Shown here piece after piece: positions 54,307 through 64,000 of a stretch of DNA of 64,000 nucleotides. Origin of the DNA: Promethearchaeota archaeon (GTDB lineage Archaea; Asgardarchaeota; Lokiarchaeia; Sigyniarchaeales; SOKP01); assembly GCA_029838195.1 (NCBI GenBank), contig JALGVJ010000020.1:1-64000 (forward strand), written 5' to 3'. A program made the position numbers and the translations under genes. How positions within the stretch are numbered: the stretch's first letter is position 1; each line of letters opens with the position of its first letter. The notes beneath the pieces are model-generated. The model worked only from the letters and a program-made list of their open reading frames with translations. It was not told the origin of the DNA and searched no databases.

Positions 54307-55341
54307 CTAAATTTCTTCTGCGATCACGTATTTTTTTATTATCTGTAGCGCTAGCATTTTAAACGCATCATTAATATTTGCTCCTGTTAAGGCTGACGTC
54401 TCAATATAGGATATGCCCAGTTTTTTTGCCAAATCCTCTCCTTGTTCTTGGGAAACTTCTCTTTGATCTTCCAGATCGATTTTATTGCCCACTAGAATTA
54501 AGGAAATGGATTCAGAAGCAGGTTTGATCTCGCCGTACCATTGTTCGATCTCGTCGAAGGTTTCTTTTCGAGTCACATCGAATACTAAAATGCCCGCCTC
54601 AGCGTTCGCAAGGTATTTCTGACGCACGCGAGCGAATTGAGCTTGGCCCGCGAGGTCCCAAATTACAAAGCGTACCTTAGAATCGAGCCCTTCAAATTCA
54701 CATTCTTTTTTCATGATGGAGGTTCCTATAGTACTCTTATATTCGCTCTGAAACGTATTTTCGACAAATCTATGGACTATAGAAGTCTTTCCCACCCCTC
54801 CGGCGCCGCCTAAAATCAATTTATATGCATATTCTCCCGATTTGATTTTTAATTTTTGCAGTGTATCCATTTTTCTGTCTATGCGCGCTTGTTCTTCTGT
54901 TGTAATGATCTTAGGAATGACTGGAGAGACAGGCCTTCCATCTAATATGCGAACGATTTTTTCCGCAGCAATATACGCATAAGGAAACACGGGATCCACA
55001 CCCGCAATCGATTTTAAGACCGTGATGAAAATAGCGTCGGGTCCCGCTTCGCAAAATATTAAGCGATAATTTTCCGTATCAAACGTGCCTGTACCAAAAG
55101 CCCCAGAAGAAAATTCAGCATTAATTCGTTTTAAAACGGGTTCAACTATAGAACTCACACCTCCGATTACCTCTTCATCGATTTTTACTTGCTCGGAGGA
55201 AGTAGAGCTCGTTAGCGCATCCATGACGAGCCCATCTCTATTGACCACAATGGCGGCGATTAAATCATCACCTATGGAGTGAGCATACCATTTTAATAAC
55301 GCTTGAAGCTTTTTTCTATCAATGGGCATTTCTAATATCAT
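54307..55341 (-). CDS. Roadblock/LC7 domain fused to a Rab-like small GTPase
   Basis: N-terminal LIAAIVVNRDGLVM roadblock pattern; GAGGVGKT, WDLAGQ, NKID, ETSA. Confidence 0.88.
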   Translation of the reverse strand: MILEMPIDRKKLQALLKWYAHSIGDDLIAAIVVNRDGLVMDALTSSTSSEQVKIDEEVIGGVSSIVEPVLKRINAEFSSGAFGTGTFDTENYRLIFCEAGPDAIFITVLKSIAGVDPVFPYAYIAAEKIVRILDGRPVSPVIPKIITTEEQARIDRKMDTLQKLKIKSGEYAYKLILGGAGGVGKTSIVHRFVENTFQSEYKSTIGTSIMKKECEFEGLDSKVRFVIWDLAGQAQFARVRQKYLANAEAGILVFDVTRKETFDEIEQWYGEIKPASESISLILVGNKIDLEDQREVSQEQGEDLAKKLGISYIETSALTGANINDAFKMLALQIIKKYVIAEEI

Positions 55342-55631
55342 GCCTCGATATTCATTATTCTTAAATTCTTCATATCTTAAATTACATCATGCAATTTCAA
55401 AAATAAAAATTTATTTAATTCTTGAAGAGAGAATTTTAAAAAAAAAAGAGGTAACACGTGAGATCTTGAGGGTGATTTGTAAAATTTTTTTCTAAAAAAT
55501 CAAGGAAAAACACATTTTTAATATTTTCCTCTTTTAAGACATTTTTTTTCTCTAAAATTGTATCTATGAATAATAATAATAATGATGTTCGAAAGTAAGA
55601 TATAAATAATCCGAGAAGGCTAAGGGGGGAA

Positions 55632-55747
55632 TGCAGGAGGTGGGATGTTCATTGAGCATCTCTTTGATAGCTCAAATTTGAACCCACGAAGACCTATGTC
55701 ACTAGAGCCTCAGTCTAGCGCCGTAGACCAGGCTTGGCAACTCCTGC
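55632..55747 (-). tRNA. tRNA-Leu(GAG) with a 31-nt T-loop intron (59/60; 55646-55676)
   Basis: CTGAGGC loop, long variable arm; TTCA-AA^T-TTGAGC...GCTCAA-TGAA-CA^T BHB. Confidence 0.93.
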
Positions 55748-55945
55748 GAAGTTTTCCTCAGCCATATTGTTTTTTATGATGAGAATTTAACACTAATCAC
55801 TTTTCATGCAATCAATTCAAGGCACTCATGCATGAATTGGCATGAAACTGCTACACCATTTATTATAATGGTTGAAATTTTATATACCTTAAATTTTTTA
55901 TTTTAGAAGGTAGTAAAAAATTTAGAGGGGAGGGGACTAATTAGG

Positions 55946-58900
55946 TTAGAAGAAGTCCGATAATTTTTGTTGTTTTAATTTAGGATTATTTGTCAAGCTT
56001 TTCACGTATTCTTCGATCAATTCCATGCGTTGGAGGGTATATTTATCGAGGTGAAAGGTTTCGCACAGTTTTTTAGCTCTTGGAATGTATTTTTCGATCC
56101 CTCCCCGATTAACGGTTAAGATGATACGTCCATTGCATTTCAAGCATTTCCCTCCATTGGAAAGAGGAGGTCTGCGATAAGAGGTATTGCATTTAACGCA
56201 ACGAAATCCTTGAACAGCAAATTTTCTTAAATTTCCGAGGATATCCGGGGTAAAATGAGATGCAAGAATTTTTTCGGCAACATTTTTTTCATCCACGGCG
56301 CGAATGATTTTTGCGAGGTGCATTTGAGCTTCAATTTTTTCTTCCATGCTTTCGTGAGTTTTATAGGAGGAAACAAGGGCACCAGCATTGATATTCGAAG
56401 TCGGGATGTTGTATCTTATATTTTCATATTGATCGGGCGTGCCCAAGCGGCTTTTTACAAGGTTCATCATGTTTTCAACCTCCGACGGGGAGGGATAATG
56501 GAGGGTAGCTTCATAAAATTCTAAGGGATATCTGGTAAGCGTGTCAATGTTATGAGCTTCCACGTCGATTTCGTTAGGATCAAGAAGAGACGAAATGACT
56601 AAGGTTGCATCCATTCTGCCCCCAATCTTGCTGGGCAAATAATAACGAGAAAAGTTCAAGAGGGGATCGAGCAAGAGCATCACGCCATCTTCGTCGCCGT
56701 CGCAATTTTTAGTAATGATATTTTCATTAATTAAAACCGTGTGAAACTTATCGGCATTTAAGGAATAGACAAAATAGTTATTTGATTTAACTTGTTCAAT
56801 CTTTTTAATTCGTAATATTTTATGATTTTGAAAAATCCTTTCAGGAATTGTTTTTTTAGTTTTAAGAATCATTTCTAAGGCTTTAGTTTTTCTCAAGGAG
56901 ATAAAGCCGATTTGTTCTTTAAATTTTAACACGTTTTTGCCACTAATTTTTAACTTATATTCAATAATATCAAGTTTTTTTTCTTGACTTGAAAGTCCTC
57001 CAAAAATCCCATATCTCAAGAGCAAGGTGTCCAAATCATGGATTAATTTCCTACTAAATGTGGAGCAAACAACGGTCTTGCGGCAAATATCTATGGCTCC
57101 ACCTCCGCTGAAATAAGCAGCTAATAAATATTTAATTTTCTCTTTTGGAATTTTAAAAAGAAAGGGAGGAAAATGTTTTTCTCGAGCATTATTTTTTAAT
57201 TTTAAGATATCTTTGAAAAAATGATAAATGACTCGATTTGAAATAGTGATCTTATTATCATTCACGTAGAGATTAAATCCTTTACCAAACGAAGAAAAAG
57301 CGGATTTTAAGATATCTTGCTTTAAATCTTCCTCGCTCACAATAAAGTCAACTTGATACCCCTTTGGTGTTTTTCTGACATATCCCTCAGCGATATAGTA
57401 CCCGATAAGTTTCATTAACGAGTCATCATCCGGAACATATCTATTAACCATCGCATGGTCACGTTTAAATCCCAGTTTACAATTCGGAACATTATCAACA
57501 GATAAATCGTGCATTTCTAATAATCTTAATAAAATATTAAAAGGAATAGAATCTTTCTTTGAGTAATATTTATTCAAAGTTTTCTTGTTTAAATTTAGTC
57601 TTTCTGCCGTTTCCTTGAGGCCTAATTTATCAATGAGAGATTTTGTAAAATCTTTAATTTCACTAACCATTAAATCTTTCCAGATGTCTTTGAATTCATT
57701 CCGATTAAATTCTTTAATAAGATCATGAAACTCAACATCTATAATTTCAAATTCCAAGGTAGGCAATAAGAAAGCATCGGATTTCTCGACTTGAAATGCT
57801 TTTTTTTCTACTAATTTTCCATTAGAGTAGACGAGAACCGGATGATCCAGGGTTGTTTCAAATTCGCGTCCTGTTTCTAATTTAAAATGGATTAATTGAT
57901 TTGAGTACGGAATTTTCATGACCTCATTGATGGATGTCTTCTGAATTTTCCCCGAATTAGCATCATATGAATACACTTGGATGTTTTTAATGGGTGTTTT
58001 TTTGATGATTGCTTGTTTCTCATAAATTTCATCCTCAAAAAAATCCTCATATAGCTTTTTCAATTCTAGTTTTTTAACTGTTCCCTCGTCATCTATCAAA
58101 ACGCTCGTGTTTCCTGGAAAACAATTTCTTCGCTTCGCACCGTGCCAAAACGGATGAGCATAAATGGAGCGGGCGGGAGTAAATCCAATAATCCTTCCGA
58201 TGATGCCGGCACTCGTGTGAGGCGCCAAACCCACGACCAAATGCCCTATTAAATCTTGTCTTTTAGAAACGTTGTAATATCGTTTTATTTTGTAGAAATA
58301 TTCTAATTCATCATCTAAAAAGTTAGCAACTTTGACCAAGTAATCAGCGCAATCTTCCGAGAGGATCACGTCTTGAACTTTAAGTTCCACGATTTGATTC
58401 TCATTTTCGAGGGGCATGCCATCTTGATCCACGTCGTATCCTAACTCTTTTAATTTTGCCACGGAAATACCTATTTCTTTCGGCTTAAAATGAGTCAAGG
58501 GAATATCGGTGGCATCGTATCGGATTTCAGCCGTTTTATATACCAATACATCATTTTTGGCTCTTAAAATTCCCTTTTCTAAGGGTTCAGGGATTTTAAA
58601 TTTATTTGTTAATCCATATATTCCCTTTACGTTCGGAGGTAAGGACACATTTAGGTGCTTTAAGATGGATTGCACGTGATTTTTAATGTTAAATGCTGCC
58701 GGGCTTGAGAAACTCAAGATTCCTCCGCAAACGTCGCAAGTATCTTCATCTATCGGAAAATATTTCTTGCAGCGTTCGCAAATCTTTTGGAGCTCGGCAT
58801 GCTGACCGCATTTCGGACAAGAATTAAAAATAGTAATAATATTACATTTCGGGCATTTTTTTCTGCAAACATCAATCTTTATTTTTTCAAATTCAAGAGC

Positions 58901-60805
58901 TTTTTCCAATTTTCTTGAATTTCCAACCTTATCACTTAAAGGAAAAAGAGCATGGACGCCTTTCATGCTCTTACGCTCAGATTTTTCTGGGCGGCCCATT
59001 CTCGTCCCCATGAAGTAAGGGGCTTTATTTCTTATTTTGATGGAGGATAATTGGTAAAAAAGATCAAATACATCTTTTGGATCATTTAATTGGATTTCTT
59101 CTTTCTTTTCTAAATTAAAGATTGTCGTATAAATGGTCGTCATGGCTTTGCTGAAAATGATTTTATCGTCTTTTAATCGATGAAGAATGAATGCTTTTTC
59201 TAATATTTTCTTAATGTGAGAAGTATTTTTAATTATTAACATGCCGTCAGAATATCCCTCCAACAATGTACTCCTTAGTAAAAGAACTTCTTCCACTGAC
59301 ACGTTTCCCCAAAAATCCAAATAAGCGGGGTGTAAGGGAATGTCTAATGTTTTTGACAAGGATATCGCTTCTTCTGAGGTGGGAATATTATTAAAGGGAT
59401 CTTTAATGAACTTTTGAAAATTAGAATCTTCTATGTTTTTATCCTTTAGAGCTTTCTCCAAGTCCAACGCCCACCATTCTTCCACGTACCCCGATGGAAT
59501 TAAAATATGATTGTTTTCGGCAAATTCTCCAAAGCCAAATAAAATATCACCTAAAAACAATATTTCTTCAATTTTAGGAAAGATTTTTTTAGCTTTTTCA
59601 TGAGAAGTTATTTTAATTACATCTCCATTTTTCAATTTTACTATGGGGGGCTCAATGGAATCCACCGGGCAAATGCTCGTGCTCTTGCCTGGGCGTTCCG
59701 TTCTTAATTGCGTTCCGATGGCTATGAAATCATCCAATATCGCCATGGTCGCAGGATGAATGCCTCCTGCCGCCAATCCCGTGTTGCGGGAACGACCATA
59801 TCGTATTCTATGTCCTCCCGTTACTGATGGATGAGCAAATACCGGACGCCCCGCAATGATATCTTTTATATATTTTGAATTAGGAGATATTTTCTCCTGA
59901 TTGGTAGCGAATGTACTAGCATTATCCTCGTTCAAATCCTCTCGCTTGCTCTCTTCCGCAGCGATTTTTCTTAATTCCCCTAACCATTCCCATCCTTCTA
60001 TATTCATTTCTCGTGCTATCTTCAATAATTTAGGAGCTTTTAACAAAATTCCATCATTCAGCACCAAGCATGCTCCTCCACGCACGTTGTTAGTTTCTAT
60101 GCGTGGTAAATCCCTAAATGCAGATACTTCTTCCTTTTCAGTAGGATCTCCATTAATTTCCACGGGAAGCGATTTTACGGCAAATCGTATTTCTTTATTG
60201 GAAGAAGGATATTGTAAATGAACTAATCGGTCATAAAGTTTAATTTCTTCCACAAATCTTCCTATTTCCCCTTCCATAGCTTCATATCTGGGGATGCTTG
60301 ATTTTTTACGTACATAATCTGCAATTAAAACGCATAGAGCAGCAGTAGTTCCACCAGCAGCCCTAATGGGCCCAGAAAAGTATAAGGATAAATATTTATT
60401 ACCAAATTGGTCTGTTTTAATCAATATTTTGGAAATCCCTTCAAGCGGGGCGCTTACAACACCCATCGTTTTTATTGCTAATCCCGCACGGATGGCGCGC
60501 TCTACTCGTTCTTCTAATGATTCAATATTTCCAATTTTTTTTTCTAAAATATCAGATACCACTTGAAATACGATCTGATCTTCTGTATAATTTTGCTTTT
60601 TTAATTCCCGAATTACGTTCGCAACCCCGGCTGGACCCACTAATTTTTCTACTCTTCCAGCTAAATCTCTCGCTTGAGGAGATTCCACGAATAATTCCGG
60701 GTCTAATCCTTTCTTTCGAGCTCGCTCCGCTACTTGATAACAAGAATTAATTTCTTCTTGCAAGGCATTAAAATATTGCTCCATTCTTTTAGACATATCT
60801 TTCAA
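55946..60805 (-). CDS. polC: DNA polymerase D large subunit DP2, intein-containing
   Basis: GPIRAAGGT, RYGRSRNTG, RMGRPEK, KRRN|CDGDED, C-terminal PIP-box QQKLSDFF. Confidence 0.98.
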   Translation of the reverse strand: MKDMSKRMEQYFNALQEEINSCYQVAERARKKGLDPELFVESPQARDLAGRVEKLVGPAGVANVIRELKKQNYTEDQIVFQVVSDILEKKIGNIESLEERVERAIRAGLAIKTMGVVSAPLEGISKILIKTDQFGNKYLSLYFSGPIRAAGGTTAALCVLIADYVRKKSSIPRYEAMEGEIGRFVEEIKLYDRLVHLQYPSSNKEIRFAVKSLPVEINGDPTEKEEVSAFRDLPRIETNNVRGGACLVLNDGILLKAPKLLKIAREMNIEGWEWLGELRKIAAEESKREDLNEDNASTFATNQEKISPNSKYIKDIIAGRPVFAHPSVTGGHRIRYGRSRNTGLAAGGIHPATMAILDDFIAIGTQLRTERPGKSTSICPVDSIEPPIVKLKNGDVIKITSHEKAKKIFPKIEEILFLGDILFGFGEFAENNHILIPSGYVEEWWALDLEKALKDKNIEDSNFQKFIKDPFNNIPTSEEAISLSKTLDIPLHPAYLDFWGNVSVEEVLLLRSTLLEGYSDGMLIIKNTSHIKKILEKAFILHRLKDDKIIFSKAMTTIYTTIFNLEKKEEIQLNDPKDVFDLFYQLSSIKIRNKAPYFMGTRMGRPEKSERKSMKGVHALFPLSDKVGNSRKLEKALEFEKIKIDVCRKKCPKCNIITIFNSCPKCGQHAELQKICERCKKYFPIDEDTCDVCGGILSFSSPAAFNIKNHVQSILKHLNVSLPPNVKGIYGLTNKFKIPEPLEKGILRAKNDVLVYKTAEIRYDATDIPLTHFKPKEIGISVAKLKELGYDVDQDGMPLENENQIVELKVQDVILSEDCADYLVKVANFLDDELEYFYKIKRYYNVSKRQDLIGHLVVGLAPHTSAGIIGRIIGFTPARSIYAHPFWHGAKRRNCFPGNTSVLIDDEGTVKKLELKKLYEDFFEDEIYEKQAIIKKTPIKNIQVYSYDANSGKIQKTSINEVMKIPYSNQLIHFKLETGREFETTLDHPVLVYSNGKLVEKKAFQVEKSDAFLLPTLEFEIIDVEFHDLIKEFNRNEFKDIWKDLMVSEIKDFTKSLIDKLGLKETAERLNLNKKTLNKYYSKKDSIPFNILLRLLEMHDLSVDNVPNCKLGFKRDHAMVNRYVPDDDSLMKLIGYYIAEGYVRKTPKGYQVDFIVSEEDLKQDILKSAFSSFGKGFNLYVNDNKITISNRVIYHFFKDILKLKNNAREKHFPPFLFKIPKEKIKYLLAAYFSGGGAIDICRKTVVCSTFSRKLIHDLDTLLLRYGIFGGLSSQEKKLDIIEYKLKISGKNVLKFKEQIGFISLRKTKALEMILKTKKTIPERIFQNHKILRIKKIEQVKSNNYFVYSLNADKFHTVLINENIITKNCDGDEDGVMLLLDPLLNFSRYYLPSKIGGRMDATLVISSLLDPNEIDVEAHNIDTLTRYPLEFYEATLHYPSPSEVENMMNLVKSRLGTPDQYENIRYNIPTSNINAGALVSSYKTHESMEEKIEAQMHLAKIIRAVDEKNVAEKILASHFTPDILGNLRKFAVQGFRCVKCNTSYRRPPLSNGGKCLKCNGRIILTVNRGGIEKYIPRAKKLCETFHLDKYTLQRMELIEEYVKSLTNNPKLKQQKLSDFF
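56705..58123 (-). mobile_element. 473-aa intein with LAGLIDADG endonuclease domain in DP2
   Basis: Begins CFPGNT, block B TTLDHPV, LIGYYIAEG and LLAAYFSGGG, ends ITKN|C; splits the RRN-CDGDED motif. Confidence 0.95.
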
Positions 60806-61080
60806 GACCGGGCAACTCCTTCCTTTTCTTAATCTTCGACTTTCTTTTCCATCTCATGTTATATCTTAATATGCTCGAGATTTAAATTAAATGAAATTAT
60901 TAATCGAATAATCTCAATTAAATTATTTTAACAACGGGAGAATGATGATTTTTCTTAAAACTTAAAAAAACTATTGACCCCTTCTCATTTAAAGGAAGGA
61001 AGGACTTATTCTTACTTTAATAATAACAATTTAATTTTCTCCCTCAATAATTATCATTGTTCCGTATTGAAGGGTAAAAG

Positions 61081-62886
61081 ATGAGCTCTAAACACGATAA
61101 AGTTAAAAAATTCATTATAAATACGTTTATAAATTCCGGGATTAATATTTCCCCGGAGGTTTTAGAAATTTTCCAAGATATGGAGAATATCGAAACACAT
61201 ATTACCAATATCATCCGAAACGTGAGTTTTTTACCTCAATTCAGGAGCCACTTGACGCCTGAGATATTGAAGAAACTTGAGATTCATGAGATTCAAACTA
61301 TATTAAAAAGAAAATTTACCGAAAATGTCATCACTTCAGAATCCCATGAACTCGAATTAGAGGAGCAAAAAGCAGAACACGTTTCAACCGAATTAAAAGA
61401 AGATAAAAATGAGAATATAAAAGAAACTTCTCCCGCTACGACAATTAATTCATCATATCCGGGGATAAAACCAATAAATTTGGATGAAATCTCTTTCGAT
61501 ACACCCTCTTCAGCAAGAGAAGAATTAATATCCAAGAAAAAGATACTAAAACAAGCACCCCTTACGGGAAACAGCCTCTCTACTTTTGCGTTTAAACCCA
61601 TTGCAAGAGACTATCCTCCCGTGTATGAGATCCTGAAAGATCCCACAGGAAAACTCCATACCAGCGGAGAATACAAAGATTTCTATGAACTTACCTTAGA
61701 TAAATTTAATTCTCTTCGAAAGTTAATGAGAAAAAGACCTGATGTTTCTTCTACAATTAATATAAAAAATCTTGTTCGATCAAAAAATAAAGTTGAAGTT
61801 TCGATAATTGGTTTAATAAATGAAATTAGAACGACAAAAAATGGAAATTACTTAGTAACGCTCGAAGATTTATCGGGATCTATAAAAGTATTAATAAAAA
61901 AAGAGCAGGAAAACTTAGAAACAACTAAATTAGTAGAAAGGATGTTAGAAGATCAATTAATCTACGTGAAAGGCATGTATGCTCCTGATAAATCCAATAA
62001 TAAGGGCTTGGTTTATGCAAATAACGTTTTAAAAATCGATGTCCCTTTAGATGCTCAACAACATCGCTCACAAGATCCCCTCTCGGTAGCATTAATCTCT
62101 GATACCCATATTGGAAGCAGGGAGTTCGAAGAAAAATTATGGAAAAGATTCGTGAAAATTCTAAATGGAAATGTCCCAAACAAAGGTTTAAGAGAAAAAA
62201 TAGGGAAAATCAAATATTTAATTATTAATGGAGATTTAGTGGATGGAATTGGCGTTTATCCCGATCAAAAAGGTGATTTAATCATTTCTGACATTCATGA
62301 ACAATATAAAGTAGCAGCAGAATTTCTCTCTCAAATCCCCTCCTACATTAAAATTTTTTATAGCTCGGGAAATCACGAACCCGTGAGAAATGCTATTCCA
62401 AGACCTGCAGTTCCTAAAAAATATTGCAAGGAATTATTAGATATTGGGGTTGAACCCCTTGGAAATCCTTCCTATATTCAAACCCATGGCGTGATTACCC
62501 TTATTTTTCATGGAGATAGCTTGCTTGATATGAGCTTATTAGTTCCCGGATTGGAAAATAATAATCCTATAGAATCCATGAAAGAATTACTCATTTGCAG
62601 GCATTTAGCACCCGTCTATGGAAAAAAAACGCAGATTGCGCCCGTCAAAAAGGATTGGTTAATAATCGATACCGTTCCGGATATCTTTCACACGGGACAC
62701 TTACACATTAATGGATATGGTAAATATAGAAACGTATCATTAATTAATTCCGGATGCTTTCAATCCCAAACAGATTACATGAGAAGCATGGGCATCCATC
62801 CTACTGAAGGGAAAGTCCCTATCATGGAATTGGACACGTTTCAATACTTGGAATTAAATTTAAATGAAGAAAATTACTTCCTCTAA
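61081..62886 (+). CDS. polB: DNA polymerase D small subunit DP1
   Basis: OB fold (LEDLSG), SDTHIGS, GDLVDGIGVYP, GNHE, FHG, RHLAPVYG, HTGHLH, NSGCFQ. Confidence 0.96.
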   Translation: MSSKHDKVKKFIINTFINSGINISPEVLEIFQDMENIETHITNIIRNVSFLPQFRSHLTPEILKKLEIHEIQTILKRKFTENVITSESHELELEEQKAEHVSTELKEDKNENIKETSPATTINSSYPGIKPINLDEISFDTPSSAREELISKKKILKQAPLTGNSLSTFAFKPIARDYPPVYEILKDPTGKLHTSGEYKDFYELTLDKFNSLRKLMRKRPDVSSTINIKNLVRSKNKVEVSIIGLINEIRTTKNGNYLVTLEDLSGSIKVLIKKEQENLETTKLVERMLEDQLIYVKGMYAPDKSNNKGLVYANNVLKIDVPLDAQQHRSQDPLSVALISDTHIGSREFEEKLWKRFVKILNGNVPNKGLREKIGKIKYLIINGDLVDGIGVYPDQKGDLIISDIHEQYKVAAEFLSQIPSYIKIFYSSGNHEPVRNAIPRPAVPKKYCKELLDIGVEPLGNPSYIQTHGVITLIFHGDSLLDMSLLVPGLENNNPIESMKELLICRHLAPVYGKKTQIAPVKKDWLIIDTVPDIFHTGHLHINGYGKYRNVSLINSGCFQSQTDYMRSMGIHPTEGKVPIMELDTFQYLELNLNEENYFL

Positions 62887-63054
62887 ATAACCCCTCTCAT
62901 GTTCAATTAATTTCGTATCTCATAAATTTCTTTAAATTTTCCCATCCTTTAATCCGCAAGAGTAAAATAAAATTTTAAGAAAAACGATAAATTTCATTTC
63001 TTGAAGTATAAAAAATTACACATGTTTTATATACTAATCATGGTAAATGAGTAG

Positions 63055-63744
63055 ATGATAATCATGAATTTAGAAATTCCACGGAAGAGTGCCACTGACC
63101 TCTGGTTATATGTCTGGAAAATTATTGATGTACCCTCCATTTCGCCTTCGGATTTGATATTTACTCTTTCTTTTGAACTCTTTCTCTTTCCGCCGAAAGA
63201 TGCTAAAACTTTTATAGATAAATCCTTGGAGAAAAAATTGCTAATCCGAAAAAATAATCAATTAAGCTTGTCTGCTTCTTTAAGAAAACAATTTGAGAGG
63301 TGGCAAATTGAAAATAAAAAGAAAATTGAAAATTATAAGGAATTAAAAAAAGAAGTAATTTTTAAGGGAGCAAAAGAAACGGCCGCAAGAAAGCCGGAAT
63401 TCAATACTCTTTTAAAAGCGTTTCTGGAGCGGGGTACTATTAATAGGGCCGCGTCCATTTCCGCTGATTCATTTGAAATTTCCATGTTTGATAAAAATAA
63501 AGGTATAATTAAAGCATGGGTGGCAGGTTCAAAAGAAACACCTTATCTGATTGAGATTCATACAAATCAAAAAATTTTGAAGCATGACTGCCACGATTTC
63601 CAAACGCGTCGGGCTCTTAATAAAAAATTCTGCAAGCACCTTGCAAAATTATTCCTTATCTTAAAAGAAAAAAATGAAGAAGATTCGTTATATTTTTTAA
63701 CTCAAATGAGCGATGGTATTGATGAATGGGATTTTACCGCTTAA
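63055..63744 (+). CDS. DUF2240-like N-terminal domain plus SWIM-like Zn finger
   Basis: LIFTLSFEL.LFPP.DAK.FI; HDCHDF...KKFCKHL. Confidence 0.7.
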   Translation: MIIMNLEIPRKSATDLWLYVWKIIDVPSISPSDLIFTLSFELFLFPPKDAKTFIDKSLEKKLLIRKNNQLSLSASLRKQFERWQIENKKKIENYKELKKEVIFKGAKETAARKPEFNTLLKAFLERGTINRAASISADSFEISMFDKNKGIIKAWVAGSKETPYLIEIHTNQKILKHDCHDFQTRRALNKKFCKHLAKLFLILKEKNEEDSLYFLTQMSDGIDEWDFTA

Positions 63745-64000
63745 TATAATTTCTTGAATACGGCACCATTTATCTTTACCTTATCTTTTTGCAGGCTTAA
63801 TGGGCGATAATTCAACAATTCCGCAATACTCTCTTCTTTAGATAAGATTCGCTCGAGCATGTCTAGTCCCATGGAAAGGGTTATAATTTTAGTCCTCCCA
63901 TAGTATCCCCGTGATTTAATTCGAGCACATATTAATCCTGCTAAAGTCAATTCATTTATATAATCGCTAATCCTTCGCTCAGTTAATTTACGTTTTTTTG
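63741..64000 (-). CDS. cdc6: Cdc6/Orc1 initiator, 3' end (winged helix); partial at the window edge
   Basis: Frame is open to the edge: KLTERRISDYINELTLAGLICARIKSRGYYGRTKII. Confidence 0.85.
   Translation of the reverse strand, partial: KKRKLTERRISDYINELTLAGLICARIKSRGYYGRTKIITLSMGLDMLERILSKEESIAELLNYRPLSLQKDKVKINGAVFKKLY

Noticed and set aside
60806-61080. Replication origin between DP2 and DP1
   Set aside because: It is AT-rich, but no repeated ORB-like motif could be identified.

Overview
This is a core-genome segment of an AT-rich archaeon, most likely an Asgard Lokiarchaeia/Promethearchaeia member (inferred from a profilin, two Rab-like GTPases, a roadblock-GTPase fusion, an RPA2-like protein and a large ES39 in an unlinked 23S rRNA gene). 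It is dominated by informational genes: TFB, TFE, RpoB/H/P, PolD DP1 and DP2 (with an intein), the 3' end of Cdc6, aRF1, aIF2-beta, NMD3/RIO1/Dim2, Cbf5, PAN, NAC, MBF1 and FtsZ. It also carries six tRNAs and a 23S rRNA. The main signal is short bulge-helix-bulge (BHB) introns. There are three in one tRNA-Leu(CAA), T-loop (59/60) introns in tRNA-Lys and tRNA-Leu(GAG), and a 36-nt intron in 23S helix 89. The most notable item is a 30-nt, stop-containing, BHB-like hairpin inserted in a conserved motif of the TFE coding sequence. It is a candidate endonuclease-spliced mRNA intron outside cbf5, or less likely a CxxU selenocysteine loop. No CRISPR array, transposase or provirus was seen. All family calls come from motif recognition by eye, not database searches.
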